A DNA stretch of 64,000 nucleotides. Source: Leucoraja ocellata (lineage: Eukaryota). Below the pieces are notes generated by a model. It was given only the letters and a program-made list of their open reading frames with translations. It was not told where the DNA came from and searched no databases. Below, one piece after another: positions 1 through 10,400 of the stretch. How positions within the stretch are numbered: position 1 is the stretch's first letter; the number at the start of each line of letters is the position of its first letter. Location of the stretch: contig JAWMAR010000820.1 of NCBI GenBank assembly GCA_036785375.1, positions 496,001-560,000 of the forward strand, given 5' to 3'. A program made the position numbers and the translations under genes.

Positions 1-1369
1 TGTAACTGACTGTATAATTTCATATATGTTCATAAGCAGTTTACTTTGTAAGTTATATAGATTAGCTAAGTGCATATTTCGATTTCATTTTCAAAAGATA
101 AATAGTATAATATAAACGTGGACACAAGGTTAAAGAAAAAGAGTTCATCATGTTATACAACTCTGATATAGCATTGTACAGAAATTGCTAGTTGATTCCT
201 TGAATAAAATCTTAACTCTCCTAATCTTTAACTCAGCAAAATGCATGTTTATTGCAATAGATTAAAAAATAACAGGGCAAAATGTGCATTTATACACCAC
301 ACATTTTGAGATACAACCTAAAATGCCTTTTCCTATTGCAACATGCATTCTTTAATAATGAGCAGAATAATTAGGAGGTAAAACAATGCAATTTTCTCAA
401 GGAAGATTTTGAATATTATAAAAGAGGCAGGATTGAGTGAGTGAGGGTGTTGCACAAGAAAATGCAGGTAACCTTCCGGATGCTTCTTCTCTTGTGAAGA
501 AGCATCCAATAAAAACATCCTTCATTCAGCAGATGCACATTACCTTTAAGAGTTTCTGTTTTTATAACTGTGAAATATCTCACAGCTTTTATTGGTATAA
601 TTTTGTTTTAATTCCTGATACCTTTGATCTCCATCTCAATTTTAATGTCCTTTTTATTTTCTTACTCTTTCATTTTGTATGCTTTTACTGAATACTAACA
701 TTTTAAAAAATATATTTATTTGCAGTCTAGTGTGTCAATTTTAGTTATCATGCTCTTCATCTATCTAATCCAGTCTAGTCTTTCAGTTTTTCTATTAACT
801 TTTTACCTCGTTGTTGAATCATAAAGTTCATATTGTAGTCCCTGCTCCCAAGGTTCTCATTGCATTCAGCTTATCAACCAATCTGTTTAATTGCTCTTAA
901 CCAGATTGAGAGACGCCTTTGCCCTCGTTGATCTATTAACTGACTGCATTGTTAAGTCCAGTTCTATTATCATTTATGCTTTATGAACAGCACATTCATG
1001 TGCCTACACTTTTAGTGGGTCTGTGATATCATCAAGATAAGGAAGATGTACCTGTATGCTCAATGGCATATAGCCAGATCTCCCACTATTAACAACATTC
1101 TTATTGTATAGAAAAATAATTATTTAAATTCATCACAAAATTTATTTTAGCGTGAAACTGAAACCATTTGGCATGTATACAACATATATAATATGCCTTG
1201 TCTACAAAATTAAACCCATGCCTTTGTTTCACATTGTTACCAGTAAATCACTCTTTAGTCATGGATAGTACAGAATACATTTGAAGTTAACTAATAACTT
1301 AAAATATTCCAATGAGTAAGGATGATATATTTCCATATATGCAGCATTCAAAAAATAGATTAAACAGCA

Positions 1370-1740
1370 GTTGAGAGCTTAAACAGATTAGGTTTATATT
1401 CATTTGGGTTTAAAAGAATGAGATGTGATCTCACGGAAAAATACACAATTCTTAAGGCTTGACAGGGTTGATGCAGGGATGATATTTCCCCCACATTCGT
1501 TCCATTCAGAAACAGTATTCACGATCTCAAATAAGAGATAGGCCATTCAGAACTAAAAAGAGAATACATTTCTTCATCCAAATAGTGAATCTGTGGAATT
1601 CTCTACCCATGAATGCTGAGTACATTCAAGGTGAAGAGAATAGGGTTTCATGAAAATGCCACTAAAGGATCAGCCAAGACTTTATTGATTGATAAAGCAT
1701 AGATAAAAGGGTCAAATGTATAATTCATGTTTTTCTTACA
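1370..1740 (+). mobile_element. Degenerate CR1-type LINE 3' fragment
   Basis: Recognisable CR1 3' phrases (agaatgagatgtgatctc, gacagggttgatgcagg, gtgaatctgtggaattctctacc). Confidence 0.6.
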
Positions 1741-1753
1741 TTTTTATGTTATA

Positions 1754-2907
1754 CTAGACTAAGTGGGACCCGTTAGGTCCCAGTCATACGTGAGGCCTGG
1801 TCCCCCAACGCAACCCATCCCCAATGCAATATTCCACCACTCACCTGTTCCAACGCAACAGCGGGAGCGTTCTGTAGCTGGGGAACAGGGACAACTTCAG
1901 GCGGGGAGCTTCCTGCAGCCAGGGGAGGGGGACAGCTTCAGGCGGGGCCTGTCGTGGGCTGGTGGGGTGTGTGTGGGGGAGGGGGGGGTGGGGGAGGGGG
2001 GAGGGGGTGTGTGGAGAAGGGGGTGGTGTGTGAAAGGGGATGTGTGGGGGGTGTGGGGGAGGGGGGGTGTGGGGAGCGGTGTGTGGGGGGAGGGTGTGTG
2101 TGGGGAGGAGGGTTGTGGGGATAGGAGGGTTGTAGGGTAGGGGAGGAGGTTTATGTGGGAGGGGGAGGGTGTGGGTGGTAGGAGGGAGTGTGGGGGAGGA
2201 GGTGTGGATGTGGAGGAGGGGTGTGTGGGAGGGGGTGTTTGTGGGGAGGGGTGTTTGTGGGGGAGGGGTGTTTGTGGGGGAGGGGGTGTGTGTGGGGGAG
2301 TGTCAGGGATGGGATGTAGGGGAGGGGGGTGTGAGGGGGTGGTGGTGTAGGGTAGGTCAAGGGGGGTACAAAGGAGGTGGATGTAAGGTAGTAGAGGGGG
2401 GGTGTAGAGGGGGGGTGCAGGGGAGGGAGGTGTAAGGGAGGGGGGTTGCAGGGGAGGGGGCTGTAGAGGGGGGGGGTCTAGGGGAGGGGGGGTTTGAGGC
2501 CTCACCAGTTCCCTGCCCCGGCTCCAACCACGCCCGCGAACACAGCCTGCCCCTGCCCGCGGAACACAGCCCACACTCCGCTGCTTCAGCTTTATTCTCG
2601 CCGGCTTCTGGACGGGCGGCTTCTGTATGGGCGGCCTCTGGACAGCTTTATTCTCCAGCGGGTGCCGGAAGGGGCGTTGCCTTCATGGTGCATGACAGGC
2701 GAGAAGACCATTCTGCTGATCTCACAATTTTCTAAATCTTCATAATTTTTGTAATCTTGTAATCGGAACTTGGTGTGCTTGGAGCAGAGGCGAACGGTGG
2801 GTAAGGTGGCAAAAAAATCCGAGCGATATAGGGTACCGTTTTTGCGTAAATTTAGAAACAATGCAGACCGGAAGTGGTCGAGATGAGAGTTTTAGTAATA
2901 GTATAGA
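1754..2907 (-). mobile_element. Non-autonomous Helitron with G-rich low-complexity interior
   Basis: Minus strand reads A|TCTATACTATTACTAAAACTCTCATCT ... GGGACCTAACGGGTCCC hairpin (1765-1781) ACTTAGT-CTAG|T. It has a 5' TC, a 3' hairpin plus CTAG, an A|T target and no TSD. Confidence 0.8.
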
Positions 2908-2972
2908 TAGAAGATGGAGATAGATAGATAGGTAGATAGGTAGATAGGTAGATAGATAGATAGGTAGATAGA
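2905..2972. repeat. (GATA/GGTA)n microsatellite abutting the Helitron 5' end
   Basis: Direct reading: tagatagataggtagatagg... Confidence 0.9.
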
Positions 2973-2974
2973 TT

Positions 2975-3153
2975 CATATCTGTTGCCAGCCCTGAATTGG
3001 TCTGGCCTTTACTTGCTTCCAGTTTTTCTCTCCTCCCCCACCACCTCTATCTTTCAGTCTGAAGAAGGGTTCTGACTCAAAACATCACCTCTTACTTTTC
3101 TCCAGAGATGCTGCCTGGCCGGCTGAGTTACTCCAGCATTTTGTGACTATCTT
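2975..3153 (+). mobile_element. Hammerhead-core (Penelope-like) short repeat, decayed copy
   Basis: CTGAAGA-AGGGT-TCTG-ACTC-AAAA-CA-TC from 3059, followed by the family tail ctccagagatgctgcctg...gctgagttactccagcattttgtg. Confidence 0.75.
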
Positions 3154-3359
3154 GTGGTTTCCTTGCTGGATAAGCGACCATGAGAGTTTTTTTTCCACTA
3201 CTGTTAAGATTGGGTTATATTGTATTATTTATGGAATAATTATAACTACCTAACACTTATTCCTAACATTGCACATACTGCCTGGTGTAAAATCCTGTCA
3301 AAAACATTGATCGTACAGTATCTTGTAATGAAATAGCGAAAGCAAAAAAAGTTTCACAG

Positions 3360-4410
3360 CAACATTGAAAAATAGGTGGAGTAGGCCATTCGGTCTTTGA
3401 GCCAGCACCGCCATTCAATTTGATCATGGCTGATCATCTAAAATCAGTAATCCATTCCCGCTTTATCCCCATATCCTTGATTCCTTTGGCCCTAAGAGCT
3501 AATTCTAACTGCATCTAGCCTGTCCAATCCTTTAAGAATTTTATATGTTTCTACAAGATATCCTCTCATCCTTCTAAGTTCCAGTGAATACATGCCCAGC
3601 GACCCATCCTTTCATCATATGTCAATCCCGCCATCTTGGGAATTAACTTGGTGAACCTATGCTGCACTCCCTCAATAGCAATAATGTCCTTCCTCCATTA
3701 GATTAAAATTGCACACGATACTCTAGATGCGGTCTCACCAGGGTGCTATACAACTGCAATAGGACCTCCTTGCTCCTAAACTCAAATCCTCTCGCAATAA
3801 AGGCCAATATGCCATCAGCTTTATTCACTGCCTGCTGTACCTGCATGCTTACTTTCAGTGACAGATATACAAGCACACCCAGTGTTGCACATTCCCTTTT
3901 CCTAATCTGACACCATTCAGATAATAATCTGCCTTCTTATTCTTGTGACCAAAGTGGATAACCTCAGATTTATCCACATTATACTGCATCTGCCATGCAT
4001 CTGCCCACTCACCCAAACTATCCAAGTCACCCTGCATCCTCATAGCATCCTCCTCGCAGCTCACACTGCCATCCAGCTTTGTGTCATCTGCAAACTTGGA
4101 AATGTCACATTTAATTCCCTCGACTAAATCATAAATATATATTGTAAACAATTGGGGCCGAGCACCGAGCCTTGCGGCCCCCCACTAGTCACTGCCTGCC
4201 ATTCTGAGAAGGATCCGTTACTTCCTACTCTTTGCTTCCTATCGGCCAACCAGTTCTCTATCCATGTCAATACCCTACCCCCAATTGCATGTGCTCTAAT
4301 TTTGCACATTGATCTCTTGTGTGGGACCTTGTCACTTTTTGAAAATGCAGATAAACCACATCCACTGACTCTCCCTTATCCATTCTACTAGCTACATCCT
4401 CAAAAAATTC
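3360..4410 (-). mobile_element. CR1/HER1-like LINE 3' portion (RT pseudogene fragment)
   Basis: Minus ORFs 3855-4151 (ISKFADDTKL, WQMQYNVDK), 4124-4309 (WIENWL..RKQRV, SGGPQGSVLGP) and 4267-4497 (VDVVYLHFQK). Frameshifted. CR1 3'UTR at about 3360-3440. Confidence 0.92.
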
Positions 4411-5267
4411 TGTTTCCTCAAATGTTTCATTGCACAGTAGGGATGAGAACAAGAAACCTGAAAGCTTAAGGGATAATTCATTATGTTCTTTTTTCACGTG
4501 CTTCAGTTAATGATAACAAGTGAGTCCAAAACCTGATGGCTTTCTGACATCCACTGACTCAGTTCTTTCTAATTTACATCTTTGTTGAGGGAGACAATCT
4601 TTCAAATATTGTCTTTGCCTAAGATTCCATGCTATGTTTATTCCATAATTAAAAAATAAATTCCTAAAATAAGCTATTTTTTTGCAGTGCAAATTGAACT
4701 TGCATTACAAAAGTTAACAATGTTGTTGAATAGGCTGCTAAAGCAGAGATTCTTCGTCAATGCAGATGTAGCTGTTGATAGTTAAACACACCAGTCAAAC
4801 CTGTTTTGTAAATGATATCACTTCTTAAAAAAATCAACACAGATATTAGTACCTTTTTTGTCCGCTTCAGAACCACCCATTCAGACTTCGTTATTTCAGG
4901 AGATCTGATTATTTAGTTCGCTCCATAACACACTGACAAGTTTATTGAAGGCACAAATCTGGCATTAACTTTACTGACTGCTGGTTTGTGTTCAAAGCTG
5001 TTGATTTATTTGTTTTGAGCTTGACATATCACCTTTAAAAAAAAAATCTACTTTTCTCTTGTCTCTGCAAAAATGGTGATGAACCTGAACGTAATATGAC
5101 CATAGCTAACCTGAATGGATTAGGTTCTCCTGCTTATTATTTTAAATGGAGGTTTGCCAACATGCCCATTGGCAAGATTCAATGTGAGGCAGGAGATGGG
5201 TCGGTTAGGCTTGAATTCTAAAATTCTCTTTGTTGGTGCAAATCCGTGAAATTAATATTCTCATCAT

Positions 5268-5430
5268 TGAGTCAAAAGATAATAGGTTCAAGCCTCACTC
5301 CCGTACTTGAACAGAGGATTGTAACTTGCAATTCAGTGCAATGCTAAAGATGTAATTACTCATATTTTAAGCTGAAGTTCCCGCTCCCAGTTCAGCTTTC
5401 ATTGCATTGATTAAAGGAAAGCAAAAACTT
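5268..5430 (+). mobile_element. Ancient Deu-domain-type SINE remnant
   Basis: gagtcaaaagataataggttcaagcctcactcc...cagtgcaatgct resembles the tRNA-like head of shark DeuSINE/SacSINE-like elements. A similar copy lies at 60225. Confidence 0.45.
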
Positions 5431-5579
5431 CCTCCAATATCCAAAAGCAAAATACTACAGGTGCTATAAGACTGAAAACAGAAGTGCTGAAGATACTTTG
5501 TACAACATTCAACATCTATGAAGAGAGAAACAGATAGCTTTTCAAAATATTCCCCTCAGGGGAAAAAAAGTCAAAAAGA

Positions 5580-5932
5580 CTTGTTTTCCCTGGAACGAGA
5601 GGTGACCTGATAAAGGTAAATAAAATTATGATTGGTGTACATGGGGTAGATGGTCAAAGTCTATTTCCCATGATAATCGTATCCGAAACAAGAATGCAAA
5701 GGTTTAAGATGAGAGGAAGGAGGATTTTGAGGGAAAGGTTTTCTACACAGTGATATCTGGAATGTGCTGCCAGAGAAGGTGAAACAATCACTACCTATGA
5801 GATATTTAAAGAAGACAGATGGTGAAAGGGTATGGAACTAATGCTGTCAATTGAAATTAATGTAGCTCAGGGGAAAGGTTAGCATGGACATGGTGGGCTA
5901 ATGGCCCATTTCGATGCTGTATGACTATGACA
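5580..5932 (+). mobile_element. CR1-type LINE 3' end
   Basis: gagaggtgacctgat...tggaatgtgctgccagag...gcatggacatggtgggct...tgctgtatgactatgac tail. Confidence 0.75.
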
Positions 5933-6734
5933 TATGTTATTATGGGAAAATGCAGGTACATAATTTTTATCAGAGCAATTATTCAATTCTACAAAACACT
6001 TTTTTTACCCATACCCTCTGCTTTCCACTGATGTTTATTTTGAGCCAATGTCTAAGACAACACAGAAACAGGCTGTTTCGCCAATAGAGTCAACTCGAAT
6101 CATCAACAACCATTTCACACCAATGCTATATTAATCCCAGTTATCTTCATCTTAAATTCCACAACTCACCTACACAAGAGGCAATTTGCAATAGCCAATC
6201 AACCTTTGGGATGCAGGAGGAAACTGGAGCCTTCAGAATAAATCCATGTGGAATAGGAAAACATGCAGACTTTTTTCTATTGGGTACTTTAATAGAATGA
6301 TTATATAGAATTGAATAGAATCCACCTCTAATAAAGCAAATCTCATCAATCATTTCGCTATTGTTTGAAGTGCATGGGATATAATCTTCAGACATTTTCA
6401 GTACAATTAAAAACTGAAGTACCACTTCACCTAATAGGTTGGTGCTTATTGTTTTTTTTAATTAAAACTGTGGGTAAAGTTGTAAATATCCAGGAGAATT
6501 CTGTTTAATCACTTTTTTATGTTTTCAGTTACAGAGTCGAACTCTATACTTTAGCTCTTTCAGTCAGACAAAACTTTTTAGGGTAGTGTAATACATTGTT
6601 GTTGAGGTTTCAAAGCACACTATTTATGATGCGCCAGTGAGATTTCAGTTTAGGCTGATCGGCTTTCGTGGTTCGGCTAGCTCCAGAGAAAAACAATGCA
6701 AGACTTATAACGATGCAAAATTGTTTTACTGGTT

Positions 6735-6903
6735 TTGCATATCTTTCATTCATTTGTTCCATATCACCGTCTGTATCTCTCGTCTCCCTCTCCCCTGACT
6801 CTCAGTCGTAAGAAGGGTGTCGACCCCGAAACGTCACTTATCCCTTCTCACCGGAGATGCTGCCTGTCCCGCCGAGTGACTCCAGCGTTTTGTGTACATC
6901 TTC
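6735..6903 (+). mobile_element. Hammerhead-core (Penelope-like) short repeat adjacent to the promoter
   Basis: agt-CGTAAGA-AGGGT-GTCG-ACCCC-GAAA-CG-TC-act at about 6804-6838, plus the family tail. CpGs are preserved. Confidence 0.8.
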
Positions 6904-6924
6904 CAAAAAGTATGTTTTAAAAGG

Positions 6925-7460
6925 ATTTCGTCGCGAAAAAAAAGTAAAGTGCTCCAGTTTCGCAAGGACCGGAATTGCTCAAGGAGCAATGGGAGCGAAG
7001 CGTCCTTGCTCCGCCCACCTGCGCCGAGCCCGCCTAACGCGGGTCACCATTGAGCAGCGCGCTGTCCATCAACCACCGGCAGCACAGGTATAGTTCAGGT
7101 GAGTGACAGATGAGCCCAGATCGCAACCTGGGCGAGTAGCGCGCGCGTGGCGTCGCTGCGGGGAAGTTTGGGTTTCAGTTCATTTTTTTAATTTGCCTTG
7201 TTATTCATTCTTTTAACGCGAATTGCAAACGCACCCACACACACACATATAGAAAGTAAGTAAAGGTGCAGAGCACCATTTCAAGTCAGTGATGTCGAGC
7301 AGCGGGCTAGCCGTCAGCGTCCCCCACGCTGAAGAAATCGCTGTTTTTGCCCAACTCAAGCCGGTGGCCATGGCCGTCGGCGCTTCCGAGGAGCAGTCGG
7401 TGTTTGAAGACATCAAGCCGCCGGTCAGGATGATGGAGACTCAGCACGAAATGGGCCAGG
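6925..7460 (+). promoter_or_regulatory. CpG-rich promoter and first-exon region of the KLF5-type gene
   Basis: Local CpG enrichment in an AT-rich background. GC box CCGCCC at 7011-7016 overlaps E-box CACCTG at 7016-7021. GCGCGCGC run near 7139. Immediately upstream of the ATG. No obvious TATA box. Confidence 0.7.
7292..7459 (+). CDS. KLF5: KLF5/KLF5-like coding exon 1 (56 aa, MSSSGLAV...HEMGQ)
   Basis: ATG at 7292. Encodes VFAQLKPV, identical to the N-terminal motif of human KLF5. Ends at a phase-0 donor CAG|gtaaga at 7460. Lies in a CpG-rich region. Confidence 0.9.
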
Positions 7461-10400
7461 TAAGACTCGAGCAATCGGCTGATCTCTTGTTGTTCGTCCT
7501 GGATAAAGTGTGTCCAACTTGTGCACACCAGACCAAGACTCGCTTCAAAACAGTCTCATTATGTATGTAGTGTAAAGGGGATCTGTGCGAGTTTGTGTTG
7601 TTTAAGTTTAGTTAAAGGTCAGTTCACTTTTCGTCCGGTGGCGGCAGTGATGCGGTCCAGTGTGTTTGGCATTCATGGTATCGGCGGGTCGGGGTGAGGA
7701 AGGAAGGAAGGGGGTGGGAGACGAGAGAGAGGTGGGGGGCTGATTTACCACCAATGCAAGAAAAACATCCCAGGTTAAGAAGGCTTTCAAATTGCGGGAT
7801 ACGCTCTTTAAACCCGGGACAAGGGAGAAGGCGGTCTTTCATTCAGACCAGCGCTGATACCTGGGCATTGGGGACAGTGACAGCGTCCTGGCTCCATGCG
7901 TGCTGCCAAGTAAAACGCAACGCTGGTTGACTGCAAAAACAAAACACCCGAAGGGCTGTGCAAACTGGTTCGCCGTCCACGGGTTTTATTTTTCGTTTCT
8001 GTATGAAGTTCTCCAATTGTCTCTTCCGTATTTTAGTTGTAAACCTCGTGGCAATTTGTTTTCGAGCTTATTCAATCTGAGCTGTTGGGAGTTTTCTCCC
8101 TTTTTTTATTTGCATGGAATGAGATTTGATACTTAGATTGTGTTCTGTCAGAGGGAGGAAGTAATGGAAAGTAGGTCAGCCAGATATTTATAAACAGATT
8201 GGTGAAGGGGGTTGCTTTTTCTGCCATTTATTATCCATACCATAGGTAATTTCGTACTTTATTAACATTTTATGGTTTAAAGCTATCAGTTTCAAACTGA
8301 TAAGATTCAGTTGGAAACTTCACATAAAGTCTTATCTCGAATACTAGGAAATGATCGAATATGAATTGAACTTTGTTCAATAAAAGAAAAGAAAACAAAG
8401 AAATACGTTTTGAAGAATACGATTTTGGAAATTTTAAGTCTCTGGCTGTCTAGACTTCTTATCTCCCTGCTGCAGGCATTCAGGTGGGAAGCATTAATGA
8501 CTTCAAAAGTTTGTGTCAACTCTTGAAGTCCGTTGAGCATTTCATATAATTAGCACGATTACGGAGGTTTTAGACTATGAAAGCCATTTTATTTTTAATT
8601 AAAAAGTGATCCTTATCCTCCACTCTCATGGCTCGGAATAATAATAAATCTGAAAAGATAGTTGTGCAACAATTTCAGGTTTTGAGACCATTTTTGAAGT
8701 TTCAAATATTGAACTGAATGTTGCTTAAATACACTACTAAATTGATGTTGATGAATGTAATAGAATTCATTGAATGAATCCAATGGATTGTTCTACAATC
8801 TACCTGCTGTCCAATTTCCATTTGCTGAATGTAATATGAATGTTATTATATTGGGGGAAACAGCAAGCAATCAATATTTACAACTGCCTTGTATATCCAG
8901 TTATTAGTGTTCTTGTATTTTACATGTTTTGATGAGTACGTCCATGCTACAATGTTAAACTGCTCCTCCAAATTTTAAGATTGTAGATTTCCCTTACTCA
9001 GGAATGGACAGTCTATCTAAGTGGGATTTTTTTTTAAAGTCACAGAGTGCTCCATTACTTACATTCCTCCACAGTCATAGACCCAATTGTTATGGTCCAT
9101 TATTTGAGGACCACGCATTCATTGACAGGGACCAGATCTATAAACAAAACCACTGTCAAAATTTTCAATCTTTCATTTGATCCAGTGTTTTTTGTGAAAT
9201 ATTATATGGAAGAACATCAATTTAAACAAGAAGGCTTAAAAAAAAGTATTTTAAGATATTGTTTTGAGAATTTTTTTTTTTGAATTGCATTGCCTTGTAC
9301 CAGATTTACTAATAATAAGGATACATATTTGTTTTACTTTATTGTAGTATCAAAGGGATAAAATAATATTCAAGAGGATTTGTATAGAATGAATGGTTTG
9401 TCATGTTTCATTAAAGGTGAGAGCTATTGAACATGAGTGGTAGCATTTTTTAATTGTGTATCTTTATCTGATAACTGGATCATATGAAATAATATCCTGG
9501 ACACAATCATACTTTGAAAAATAAAAGATTCTTTTAGCACAGTCAAACTTTTAACGAAATAACAGTATTTTTGTATTTACCACTTTTTGTATATACTACT
9601 TTTAATTTTATATGTTTATATCTGTGTGCACATGCACCTGTTAAATGTGTCATGTATACACATTTATCTTGTGCATAAACACTTCTGTCAATTAATGATA
9701 ATAAAGAAGTCACCTTGAAGATATTCATAATAGCAAACCTTTTTGTTTGAATTAAGCAAATTATAAGGTAAAAAGCTGGAAGATAAATGGGAGTGGCGCA
9801 TTTAATGATATGTTATTTAGTATTTGTCTGGTCAAGTGTCATATTCATCTGATGTTAATCAGACCATAATTATAAAAATACAGTGAATAATTGCTTAAGA
9901 GTATGCTTCAGTTAATTTAAAGTTTTATTTAAATGAGCATATTTCTTTGTGGATAATATTTAAACTGCTGAAATACAAAATCTGTCAATTTCCAATAAAA
10001 ATCCTTCATTTACAGTTTCACCAACAAGCCTTGTATTAAAAGTTTGTGCTATTAAAAATACAATTTAGTTATCGATTTAATTTATTGTTGAAAATGAAGA
10101 GCTTTTTATCTTTTGCACTCCAGAAAAGTATTGAGCAATAAATGTTTCAACTGAATATTCAACGGAAATAGAACTACGAAACTAATTCTAAAATTAAACA
10201 TAACATTAATGTGTTCTTATCAATGTTAATGTGGATGACTTTCGATTTGAGTTGTTCTGTATTATCAACACTTGATGGAGCAGTTGCCTTTTGTGCAGAC
10301 TGATTAGAATGCCCTTAGGCATTGAGGATAGGACATATTTTTAAATTATGTCCTGGAATATCTTCATCAATAAAAACGCAACCTTTCAATATAAAATGCA

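Noticed and set aside
1763-2574. Long Gly-rich and Pro-rich ORFs (125-225 aa)
   Set aside because: Artefacts of the G-rich low-complexity Helitron interior. No domain and no splice context.
6950-7010. GTTTCG followed by hairpins as a minus-strand hammerhead or HDV-like ribozyme
   Set aside because: No matching TCNTCAG half-core and no nested pseudoknot could be drawn.
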